A stretch of 64,000 bases of DNA from Octopus vulgaris (Eukaryota): the NCBI GenBank assembly GCA_951406725.2, contig OX597814.1, positions 104,222,001 through 104,286,000 of the forward strand, written 5' to 3'. A program made the position numbers and the translations under genes. Each line of letters opens with the position of its first letter. Within the stretch, counting starts at the first letter, position 1. Positions 12,201-25,300 of this stretch are shown piece after piece. The notes under the pieces were generated by a model, which saw nothing but the letters and a program-made list of their open reading frames with translations, searched no databases and had not been told where the DNA came from.

Positions 12201-15200
12201 TCCTCTGCCTGGCTTAACTCTATCGACTGACCTTGAGGTGCCTTACAATAATTTGGAACAGGTCTTTAGTTTCTATCTTTACCTCCAGCAATCTTGGAGA
12301 CCCTATAAATGTCGCCGGTGTTACCTTTCCTCCTATCTCAAAGCCATAAAAAAAGGACAAAGATGGACATGTTGGCCAGTGAGATTTTTATTTTTAAAAC
12401 GGTGAAGCAAAAATATAAATTTGAAAGAGAATAATGCTACTTGCTATACCTGATAACTCCATCAAATGTGCCAGCTCTGAAGGGCATTCCATATCCCATG
12501 TCACCAAGCAGAAAGTCTCCATCTGAGTCACGCTCCAGTGCCACATCTGTAATTAAACAGTCCATATAATGATAATGTGGAAATTATTTCAAAGCAAAAT
12601 TTGTGTTGGTGCCACATAATAAGCACCCAGTGGTAGGCATTAGGAAAGGCATCCAGTCATAGAAGCCATGTCATAACAAACAATTGGAGCCTGGTGCAGT
12701 TCTGTCAAACTATCCAACCCATGCCAGCATGGAAAATGAATATTAAACAATGATGATGATGGTGGTGATGATTTAACTTACTGTCAGAAATAATAACATA
12801 AAACAATTAGGTCGTTAATAGTTTAATAACAGATATCAATTGCTCATCTTCATTAGTTATGAAGAGCTGTGATGAGAGAGAATTGGCCCCTACCTCCTGA
12901 CAGCCATCACACACACACAAATTTTATAAAGATGTCTGTAATAGATAATAGCAAATGAAAGTAATGTTAATACTGAACAGCAGTATTACTGAGGCGCAGG
13001 AGTGGCTGTGTGGTAAGTAGCTTGTTTACCAACCACATGGTTCCGGGTTCAGTCCCACTGCGTGGCACCTTGGGCAAGTGTCTTCTACTATAGCCTCGGG
13101 CCGACCAAAGCCTTGTGAGTGGATTTCGTAGACGGAAACTGAAAGAAGTCTGTTGTATATGTGTGTCTGTGTTTGTCCTCCTAGCATTGCTTGACAACCG
13201 ATGCTGGTGTGTTTATGTCCCCGTCACTTAGCGGTTTGGCAAAAAGAGACCGATAGAATAAGTACTGGGCTTACAAAGAATAAGTCCCGGGGTCGAGTTG
13301 CTCGATTAAAGGTGGTGCTCCAGCATGGCCGCAGTCAAATGACTGAAACAAGTAAAAGAGTAAAAGAGAGAGAGAGAGCAGTCTTTGTATCCTGCTTAAC
13401 AAACGATGTATTGTTGGAACAGTATATTTCTGTGGTGTTCCCCATGAGAGATCCTCTCAGACATAAGAATGGAAGAAGCACAGATAACAAATCGTTAGCA
13501 ACAGTTGTTTAGCATGGGTGGCTTAACTGTTAAATCCCATGATTTCAGTGTACATGCACTTCAGCAGCAGCAGGCATCAGGCTCTTTAAGATATAGATAT
13601 TAGGGACAGAAGCAGTACTAATACTGAATAGCAATCTTAATGTGGATGTATTGTTAGAATGTTGTATTACTGCAGCATTTGCCTTGATATACATGTGAAG
13701 GCACGTGGCTTAGTGATGAGGGTTTGCGGCTCACAGTTGGAAGGGCATCCCTGGTGGCACATCATGTCCTTTGACAAAACACTTTGTTTCATGTTTCTCC
13801 AGTTCACTCAGCTGGTAAAAACGAGGAGTAACTGTATTTCAAAGGGACCATCCCATAACATGTGGGAACTCTGTGAGAGTGATAAGGGTAAGCATGTCCT
13901 TCAAGTACTCAGCCACCTGCATGGTAATTTCAAAGGCAGGCTACTGAGCCGATCAGATTAACTGGAACACTTGTCGTCAGAACTGATGGAGAGCCAGACA
14001 TCATCATCATTTAATGTCCATTTTCCGTGCTAGCACGGGTTGGACGGTTCGACCGGGGTCTGGGAAGCCAGGAGGCTGCACCCGGCTCCAGTCTGATCTG
14101 GCAGTGTTTCTACAGCTGGATACCCTTCCTAACGCCAACCACTCCGTGAGTGTAGTGGGTGCTTTTTATGTGCCAGACGAGGCTGGCAGCGACCACGATC
14201 GGTTGGTGCTTTTTACGTGCCACCGGCACGGAAGCCAGTCAAGGCGGCGCTGGCATCGGCCACGTTCGAATGGTGCTTTTTATGTGCCACCGGCACATGT
14301 ATCACAACTACTATTTCCATTGATATTTATTTCGATGTTCATGTACTTGACTCAATAGGTCTCCTCAAGCACAGCGGGACACACATATATATATATTATA
14401 ACAAACAATAGGGCGGCGAGCTGATAGAAACATTAGCACACTGGGCGAAGTGCGTTGCAGTATTTTGTTTGCCATAAATTCCGCCGAGGTCGACTTTACC
14501 TTTCATTCTTTTGGGTCGATTATATAAGTACCAGTTATGCACTGGGGTCGATGTAATCAACTAAATACCTTTGTCTGTCCTTGTTTGCCCCCTCTATGTT
14601 TAGCCCACTGTGGGCAATAAATATATATATATATATATAAGGTTATAAAATGAGATAGGGGTTGAGAATTCAACCCACCATGGGATAATATATATCCAAT
14701 ATACTGCCAGATAGGTACCCAACAAGAGTATTATATTATATAAGTGTAGCATTATGATGTATAAGTTTTTATATTTTACATTTTTATATTTTTATATTTA
14801 TATGTATATGGTTATATAATATTTTTCACAATTATAACAAATTTAATTTAATTCTCTGAAGAGGCCGTGGGGCATCCTTGTTAATGCCTCATTTATACCT
14901 GCCTTTATGGCTTATAGGTTAAATGAGGTATGACTGCCCTCACTGCCGAAACAGCTGTCAGTTTTGATTTAATTACATATTATATTTGAAATTTTTTACT
15001 TATATCTCTTTGTCTTTTTACTTTTACTATTACTGTATATTTTGAATGCCTTTACTCATATGTAATGGTGTATTAAAGTATTGATTGGGTATCATCGGAT
15101 AGTTGATGTTTTATTGATTTAAGCATGTTTCTCCATTCTCTAATTTTGTAGTATTATATATATATATAATATATATACACACTCACACATATAATTCATG

Positions 15201-18200
15201 GTAGTTTTCTTTCCCCATTTTCTCTTTTTCTTCTCTGCTCACCATGATCCCTGGCCCCTTCACTTCCCCCTTATTATACAACCAATTATTTTTCCCATTA
15301 TCTATTTACTTGTCTCCATTGTCTTAAATATGAGTCTTTTTATGAAATAATTTTCTTAAACTTTGGATTCCTAAAACGTTTTTTCCATCACTATAATTAT
15401 ACCTGTGAATGCCAATTATTTATTTAATTCGGTTTCAACGCCTTGTGATACCAATACATACTTGAGTACAAAAACTCAGCTGAAATATTAATTAATAATT
15501 GATTATCAACACAAACGTGTTCTCCGATCACAAGGGAAGCAATCAATACTTACAACACCTAACTAATTACTTCCCTTTAGTAGGCCTATTTTGTTTCGTA
15601 TCGCCAGTGATCCAGCGGCAAGAGAAAGAACGTTTTTGAAACTCAAGCCAACGTCGGTGACAGGAACGGCACCCGACCGGAAACAAAAAAACTGCTTCAA
15701 CACATGGCAGACATAAAACTGATGATTGATGATGATGATGTGTGGGTATGATTAAACACGAGAGAGGAAGAATGCAGAAGCAAAAGAAGGGAAACAACTT
15801 ACCCAGCATAGCAGCACTTATATCAATGCCAACCCAAATATGACCATCTTCTGTTAAACACTCACCACTCAGACCGGAACCACACCTGAAAATAACAATA
15901 ATAGAACAGTAGTTCAATAATCAAAACTAGATTTGATAATATTTCCAAAGATATTTTATATAAAGCATGAATGGCTCCATCTTATGATTGCACAACCAGC
16001 AGGGCACCAGCCAAACCTCAAAGTCACTGAGCCTCAAACACACCAGAATACCAACACATTTAGAATTCATTACACTTACTAATTAGATATATACTGAGAA
16101 GAAGGATTATGATGAGAACGACGACCATCATCGTTATCATCATAATGCCCTGATGCAGTACCAAGCAATGGCTCTAATGGCTTCCGATCTTAACTGATTG
16201 GAAGTGTTATTATGTACATTGTCTTGTCTTAGTATAAAAGATGGGCTATGCGCAAATATTCTGCTCAATGCCACAGATTTGCTCGTCAGTTGTTTGATCT
16301 TAACCAGTTGAGCATGTCCCTTAGTGGCTGGCGATATGTGCATCTCTCATCACGAGCAGAAGTAGTGGGGGAGCATCATAGCCTTGTGTTGAGAGGGATT
16401 CTTTGGGGTTTGAATAATTCACCTCTGGAAACATGGGTGTTTCATTCAACATCCTTAAACAACCCTTATTCAGGGACCTTTTGAGTGGGATGGGCTATTT
16501 GACCTGTGGAAAATTCTAATTGGGTTCCACCTGCAAGGTCGTGCACTGTTTATTGTGATATGAGATCACCATGTCGCGCACATTATGGTTGTGATGCATG
16601 TGCCTGGCGTACCCTTATCAGACGGGTAGTCATGATGGGTATACTGGGCTTCGTATATTTTACCCGAGTGTCACTTTGATGGCATGCACTGCTCTCTCAA
16701 TCAATAATAATAATAATAATAACTGATATTAAATTTTAGCACAAGGCCAGCAATTTCGGGGAGGGGGTAAGTTAATTACATCGACACCAGTGTATGACTG
16801 GTACTCTCTTTATTGATTCCAAAAGGAAGAAAGACAAAGTCAATTTTGGCAGAATTTGAACTGAGAAGCCAGAGAAAATGCTGATCAGGCATTTTGTCTG
16901 TTGTGCCAACGGTTCTGTCACTGTGAAGTTGAGAGGCTTTATGGGAAATGGAGCCAAAGGAGAAAGGGGCTTCGAAATGTGGAAGATTGGGGAAATAGAG
17001 AGAGAAACAATCCATGAGATTATATTGAGACAAACTTACAGCCAGAACCAATTTTTACTATCGAAATGTCAGATGTAAACAAGCAATGAGATTGGATACT
17101 TACAAAAACATTTAGCATACTTCATAGAATATTGTGTTTGCAGAACGAAGTGCCACGTACCTACAAACCCTTGATGTTTACATACCAGCCCCAGGAATGC
17201 GTCTAATATGTAAATCCAATAACTTAATACCACTGTATGCAACGGCTACAAAAGCAATATGTTTGGGGACAGAAGTGGGTTAGACGAGTGCTGATGAAGG
17301 AGCAACACCTGCCAAAGTATGGTATATAAACTCATTACCCAATTTTGTCTTTGATCTCATTGTTTGTCTCAATACGAAACGTTGTAGCAAAAATCAGAGC
17401 TGGCTAAAATATCTATAGAACAGCTGCGGAAATAACCTTCAAAATAATGTAAGAAGCACAGCTGAAGCATTCGGTATACTTCAGAGTATATTGTATTTGC
17501 ATAACAAAGTGCCACATAGCTACAAACCTTTAATAGTAGTGGGAGAATCTATACTCAGTGCAGGAAGGGGGACAGAAGAATTAGGCCATGACCAGCTAGA
17601 CAGGTTTAAAGAAAGACCCTTATATGGACAATTGTACAGGGGCATGGAAAGTGACCAGGTGAGTAAAACATGGGATTGGTTGAAGAGAACTGAAGGACTG
17701 AGCATAGCAGCACAAGGGACCTGAGGAAGATTATGGGGACATCAATGGAAAGTGCAGACACTGCAAGAGATGGGATGAAACAATGGCACATGTAATTAAC
17801 AAGTTATAAAAAAAGAAAAAATGGTGGCTTGCGAGGGTTGCAACTGTCCTTCAATGATAACTTGCACAATGGAGAAAAGGTGCTGAGAATGACAAAGTGA
17901 AGATGCTGTGGGACATGGAGATAGAGACTGACAACACAACTGAAAATGCTAGACCTGACATGGTGGTATTAGATAAAAGAGAAGAGAACCAGCAATGTGG
18001 CATGCCCGTCCCTTTGATACCAAAGGGAGTGAAATGGAAGCAGATAAGATTGATAGATACCAGGACTTGTGGATTGAGACTGTAAGAATATAGTCTTGTA
18101 GGAAGGTTTGAGACAATCTTCTCATTGATCAGTGACCAGCAGACTGGGAGGATGGGTGAAGAAGTGAATAGAACACTATTTGAAAAATATTGTTTCTTAG

Positions 18201-20435
18201 AGACAAGGAGAATCATAAGAAGGTCCCTAGGGGCTGGAAGTGTAGCGTGTAGCCATTTTCAAATAGTAGCACCAATTTGTGGTAGCTGGCAATATGACGT
18301 AATGTCGTATTGCCAAAGAAATATGATTGTCGTTTTCCCATTGGTTGATATAACTGCTCATATAGGAATTCTAAAAATTAGTTAAAGAATATTTTTATGG
18401 GATTTCGATTATTTAAAGTTGAGCAGTTATAAAAACCCTGGATTTCGGGGAAAACTTCAGTATTTGTAAGATTTAACTAAACTCCACGACACTCTGGTTA
18501 TATTTTTATGCCATGTCTATGAAAAATCCAACAAGACTTGTTTGAATTGTTGAGATTTATAATAGCTAGAATGAGGAATTAGTTAGCTAAAATATTAAGT
18601 TGTAATTCTCTATGACAAAATTACTTTACTTCAAATTATATATAAATATTAAAAATGCTAAATGTATATAATAAAATAATGTAGAAATTATTTTCTCTTT
18701 CTTCACATTCTTCAACTTATTAATGAAATGTATTTCTGTAATTATGAAACTGTATTTTTTTTACAGCGGTTAAAAGAACATGAAATTATTTATATTTAAC
18801 ATACATGCACCATTAGCGTTCCAGAAAATATATTTCTCGCTATGGCATTTATATAGCTGGAGTCAGGATTTACGTATAATGATAACACTTATAAGTAAGT
18901 TATAAGTGACGGTTTTATCATTATATATCCCTACTTAAAAAGCTCAATATATTTATCTATTTCCAAATATGAAAAATAATAAAATAGCGTTACATAATAG
19001 TAAACAAACCAACCAGAAAATAGTCGCTATATAACAAAACTGGTAGTCCACTATAGAAGTATCAGAAAGTGATAATCTTTGTGTAAAGTAGCGATAAGGA
19101 AGGCAATGGGGAACAGTTGTTGAGAGGTGACGGAAAAAATTTTTAAGTTTAGACCATAGTATCACACAAAATAATTGGTGTTGTATAAATAGAGGTCAAT
19201 GCTCACCTTGGCCTGGCATAATTGAAAAAAACAAAAACAAAAAAAACTAGCATCCTGGAATCAGAGATCCAAAAATATGTTGGTTGTTGTTTAGCCCTAG
19301 GCTGGCTCTGATTAAAAGTATCCCAGTGATTACCATTCTGCCTATATTTAGACGTAGTCTACCTAAGACTATCCTTTTATTAGAGATGGTCAGGTGTCTA
19401 TATAGTTTCATCTAAATCTAGATTTCAAACAGAACACAAGCCAACTAACACTTTTCTTCAACCTATTTCTTCATGAAACCAGTTAAGTAAATGCAAAGGC
19501 AGACGTTTTAGAAGATGAAAAGGCAAGACTATGATTAAAACAAGTTTTAAATCATTGAAACTATAGACTTTCCGATTGTGGTTCTGTATTTGAACACAGC
19601 TTGTTGCTCATGTTGACAGTAGTGTCAATTCATTAGAAAAACAATGGGAAATAATATGAAAAACATTTCAAATGGACTCACCCAACATCTAAAATATAAC
19701 AACTCTGATCTTCTGGTAGGTTTAATAATTCAATGGCTCTTTCGGAAAGTTTCGATTGAATATCAATCATACGAGAACTGGAAAAAAACACAAGAACTTG
19801 TACGGTCAATGGTGAACATCAATTTGGAAAAGGAAAGGAAAGAAGAAATAGTATTAGGACAGAGAAGTGATAGGTGGGAGCACCCTAGTGATGCCGAGTG
19901 TGAGAGGTGCACAATGTCAGGGAGACGGTGGGGGATACAAGGAGAATCAGGTGGAGGGTGGGGGAAAGTGTTAGGAAGATGTGAGGGAGAGATTTGTCAA
20001 GGACACACACACACACAGAGACATATATATATATATATATATATATAGAGTTCAAATTTACAGAAAACAAAAGACGAAGACAGGCAAAGTTACAAGTTTG
20101 ATACTCGGGAAGAATGGAAAAGTCTTTGACTTTTTGAGCCTATGCTCTTCGGCAGAGAGGATTGAGAGAGGGAAAAAAAGGAGAATGGAAAGAAAACGGA
20201 GAAAGAAAAGACATGTGAAGGGATTAACGGTCATATATATATATATACATACATACATATATATATATAGGCATATATATATGCATATATATATGCAGGG
20301 CATCCAGCTGTAGAAGCACTACCAGATTAGACTGGAGCCTAGTGCAGCCTTCTGGCTTTCCAGACCCCGGTCGAACCGTCCAACCCATGCTAGCTTAAAA
20401 ACGGACGTTAAACGATGACAACGATGATGATAGGC

Positions 20436-20481
<46 letters not shown>

Positions 20482-22304
20482 AATCATCATCATCATCGTT
20501 TAACGTCCGTTCTCCATGCTAGCATGGGTTGGACGGTTAGACTGGGGATCTGGGAAGCCAGAAGGCTGCACCAGGCTCCAGTCTTATCTGGCAATGTTTC
20601 TACAGCTGGATGCCCTTCCTAACGCCAACCACTCCGTGAGTGTAATGGGTGCTTTTTACATGCCACCTGCACAGGTGCCAGGCGAGGCTGGCAACGGCCA
20701 CTGTCGGATTGGTGCATTTTATGTGCCACCGGCACGGAAGCCAGTCGAGGCGGCGCTGGCATCGGCCACGAGTCGGATAGTGCTTTTTACATACCACCAG
20801 ACCAGGGATCCTGGCTGGTTCAATTTGATTTCGATTTCACTTGCCCCAACATGTCTTCGCAAGCAAAGGGGGTTAGAAATATATATTAGTGAGAGAGGCA
20901 ATATCAATACTGAGAGATAATATTTATGTCTACTTAAACATGGATGTTCCATTAGAACAAACCACACTGCTGCAGTATGCATGAGAAAAACTCTCATATC
21001 AGCATTTTTTGTGCAAAATGCACTCTTGTTTATATGAGAGTTTCTCTCATGCTAAACTGCTGCAGTATAGTTTGCTTAATAGAACGCCCATGTTTAAGTG
21101 AGGATAAATATTACCCTATGATATTACATTACTTGGGAGAATCTACAGGGAAGGATGGGGGCAGTAGACCTGCTAGAAACAACAGCCAAATCTATCACAA
21201 ACCACAACCCTACTGTCTTTGAAAAGGAAAGACATTAAATGATGTAGCCTGAGACAAACAATGTTGTTATGGCTAAGACCTCCTGGATCAGGGTTGATTA
21301 AGGGCAAAACATAAAGAATAAATTCATAGAATTGGATAGTTAGCATGATTAAATGTAACTATATATTATCTTGAACACTGGGCCTCACAGAGGCAATAAC
21401 AGAAGACCAAGAAGACCCGGCAAATAAAGTGAGATCACAGCTGTAGCCTACACCAGTGTCACATAAGCAGCCCACTCAAAAGTGCCTTTTGGATCGTAAG
21501 GCAACATGCCATGCTTGAGGAGACCTACTGAGTTAAGTACATCAACATCAAAATCTAATCAAACCACAATCAAATGGAAATTGTAGCTGTGGTTGATGCC
21601 AGTGCCACCTGTCTGGTACCCCGTGCTGGTGGAATGTAAAAAGCACCATCCAAATGTGGCCGATGCCATCCCCCTTGCCCCGAGTGGCTCCTGTGCCAGT
21701 GGCACATAAAAGTACCAGCCAAACATGGTCAATGCCAGCCCTCTCTTGCTCCCATGCTGGTGGCACATAAAAAGCACCCACTACACTCTCTGAGTGGTTG
21801 GCGTTAGGAAGAGCATCCAACTGTAGAAAACACTGCCAGATCAGATTGGAGCCTGGTGCAGCCTCCTGGCTTCCCAGACCCACCAAGTCGAACTGTCCAA
21901 CCCATGCCAGCATGGAAAACAGATGTTGAACAATGATGACGATCATCATTATTTAACATCCATGTTCCATGCAGATACGAATTGGATGGTTTGACAAGGA
22001 TACACACACAATGGGCTTCTTTCAGTTTCTGTCTTCCAAATTCACTCATAGAGCTTTGATTGACCTGAGGTTATAGTGGTGCCATGCAGTGGGAGTGAAC
22101 CAGGAACCATGTGGTTCGGAAGCAAACTTTTTATCACACAGCCTGTACTGAAATGAAAACAAATTAGCTTAACTAACTTACCTAAACTTTACTGTTACAC
22201 TCTCAACCAGTTCCACTAAACCAAGAATACAGTAAGGTCGATTGAAGTCTTCAAATTTTGTAATATTTCGGTAGGCTACGTTGTGAGTGATGAGTTGAGA
22301 ACTG

Positions 22305-22335
<31 letters not shown>

Positions 22336-25300
22336 CATATATATATATATACATATACACATATATATATATTTATATACACACACATATATATATATGT
22401 GTATAGACCCACTAGTATTATCTGATGGATAATACTGAGAACCAATGTCTTGTTACTGAAGCTAACACCAGAAAATGTTACATAAGAACAAGAATTACAA
22501 TGTTACTTCATGAAAATTTCCTGGTGTTGATACAATTAAATAAACACGAATGTTTTAAAATGGAAATTATTGATTACATCGAAACAAAATTACAACAAAA
22601 TGAACTTTCCATTTTTAGGTAATCCTCCCTGTACTTCTTGTACGACAGAGTAAACAAGGGAGATAACCGCAATTGGTATTAGCGTTATCACCCTTCGGAG
22701 ACTGGAGAGAGTAGGAATAACAGTTGACACAGCTATAAATGTGTGTATATGTATATAAGAGTATTACAACAGCGTGTATTTAAATGTGCATTTTTCATGC
22801 TAGCATGGGTAGGACAGTTTGACAGGAGCTGGCAAGACAGAAAGCTGTACCAAGCTCCAATTGTCTGCTTCGACATCCTACCAACACACCTGTCATTAAC
22901 TGTATACTTCATTCACACCTTTAATTATCTTTAATACTTCAACAATTACCATAACCTCAAATATGTGTTTATGTGTATATAACTTAAATGACAATAAATG
23001 CATATTTATGTACCTAAAACTATAAAGATGAGTAACTGTGTATATAACAAATAAATATAAAGTTGTAGAATTTAACGTGTATACAATATAAATGACTATA
23101 GATACATGGGTATATTTAAATGTGTAAAGAGTACATACCCACTTCGGCCATGAACGACAATGGGATTTCACCTAGAAAGTTCCCCTCCCAGGAACAAATC
23201 TGGGCAAGGTCGTATATGGAAGACCAGCAACCGCCCATGCATACCAGCCTCCCCACTACACACCACTGATGTTATCCAAGGGAAAGGCAAAGGGGCCGAT
23301 ACAGCTTGGCACCAGTGACATTGCAACTCATTTCTACAGCTGAGCAATGTGGAGATAAAGTCTCTTGCTCAAGAACACAACACACAGACTGGTCCGGGAA
23401 TCGAACTCACTACCTCATGATTGTGAGCCCGCCACTCTAACGAATGAGCAATGCACCTTAAATGTGTATATAACATATATATATATTAATAAATACTTGT
23501 GTTTCTTACTTTGATGTATATTTCTGAGCTTCTGTTTCATTATAAAACTGAAAAAGTCAAGAGAAATAAAATGAAAAACAAACATTAGAAATGTGTTTCT
23601 TTTAGCAAAAACTGAAGATAGATGACAACTAAAAATTTTTTATAATGTTTTGGGATTTGTTGATATAGAATTGTGGATAAAATCTGATCTGATCATTGAA
23701 TCGGAAGAATCATCATCATCATTGTCGTCGTTTAACGTGTTGCACGATTTGACTGAGGACTGGCGAACCAGATGGCTGCACCAGGCTCCTATCTGGACTT
23801 GGCAGAGTTTCTACAGCTGGATGCCCTTCCTAACACCAACCACCGGCACGAGGGCCAGTCAGGCGGTACTGGCAACGGTCACAGAAAATCGTGTTTTTTC
23901 TTTTTACGTGTCACCTGCACACCGGCACAAGTGCCAGTAAGGCGATGCTGGTAACGATCACGCTCGAATGGTGCTTTTTACATGCCGGCAGCACGAACGC
24001 CAGTTAGCTGCTCTGGCGACGATCACGCTCAGATGCCAGTCATCGAATTTGATTTTGATTCTGATTTCACTTGCCTCAACAGGTCTTCGCAAGCAGGGTC
24101 CAATGAAGAGATATATTTAGTGTTTCCAGACTTGCAGGAACTATGAAGATGGTTGAGGAGAATAATTTCCCCAAGTGTTGGTCACCTGTACGACTACAGA
24201 TAGGTGTGAAACAAACGAGAGGTTTTGTTATGAGTTTTGGTCAGGAGTGAAATGCAAACTTGAAGTCCATTTTGGAGAAGAAGAGTTGTGTAGTATGAAC
24301 TGAATTGAACCGCTTTCAGCTCGTGAGCTGCAGCCATGTTGGGGCACTGCCATTTATGTGCACAGTTGGTGGGTAGGCTCAACAAGACATCATCATCATC
24401 ATCGTTTAACATCCACTTTCCCTGCTGGCATGGGTTGGATGGTTTGACCAAGGACTGACAAGGCAGTAGGCTGTACCAGGTTCCAGTCTGATCTGCCAAG
24501 GTGTCTACAGCTGGATGCCCTTCCTAATGCCAACCACTCCGAGAGTGTAGTGGCGGCTTTTTACGTGCTACCAGCACAGGAGGCAGTTGGGGTGGGGGTG
24601 GATGGCATCAACCACGTGCAGATGGTGCATTATTTGCTACTGGCACAAGGAGCCAATGAGGCGGTATGGTGAGCCAGTCAGGTGGCACTGCCATCGGCCA
24701 CAACTACAATTTCCATTTTGCTTTCAATTTGATTGAGATTCTGATTGTGATTGCTGCCCTTCCTAATGCTAAATCAGTTAAGACAATCCAATTGGTACAC
24801 AGACAATGGCAATTTGGTAATGGCAGGGTTATTTATTTCCCTCCCAGTCACTCCAATTCCTCTCACCATCACCTGCTGTCTCTAAGCATCCTCCTCTATC
24901 CCCTCTGTACCACTTATATTACCATACGCCCCCACCCCTATTTCCTGTGTGCAGTCCCCCCCTCTGTCACTCCAGTTGTCTCTTTAACTCTCTCTCATCT
25001 TCCTCTCCTACTCTGTCCTACCTCTGTCCACCTTTCATACTCGAATCTCTTGGTTCCACTCACTTGTCTTGTGAGCGTGTGGATGCTGGTGCCACATAAA
25101 CAGCATCCAATACACTCACATTAGGAATGGCATCCAGTCACAGAGGCGATACCAAAACAAAGTCTGGTGCAGCCCCCCGCCCAAATTACCAGATCCTGTC
25201 AAACTGTCCAACTCATGCCAGCATGGAAAGCAGATGTTAAATGATGATGATGATGATATAGCTTAAAAGGTGCAATGAGATGCAGGGAGTGTGGGTGGAT

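Noticed and set aside
12993-13065. tRNA-like heads with A and B boxes (also 36151, 30045, 23390-23460)
   Set aside because: They continue into SINE bodies and lack a full cloverleaf; not tRNA genes.
19644-20048. 134-aa plus-strand ORF overlapping BUD23 exon 3
   Set aside because: Antisense shadow running into low-complexity sequence, with no recognisable domain.
21595-21785. Repeat-spacer pattern reminiscent of a CRISPR array
   Set aside because: Eukaryotic context, the units are part of a LINE 3' UTR, spacers are related to each other and there are no cas genes.
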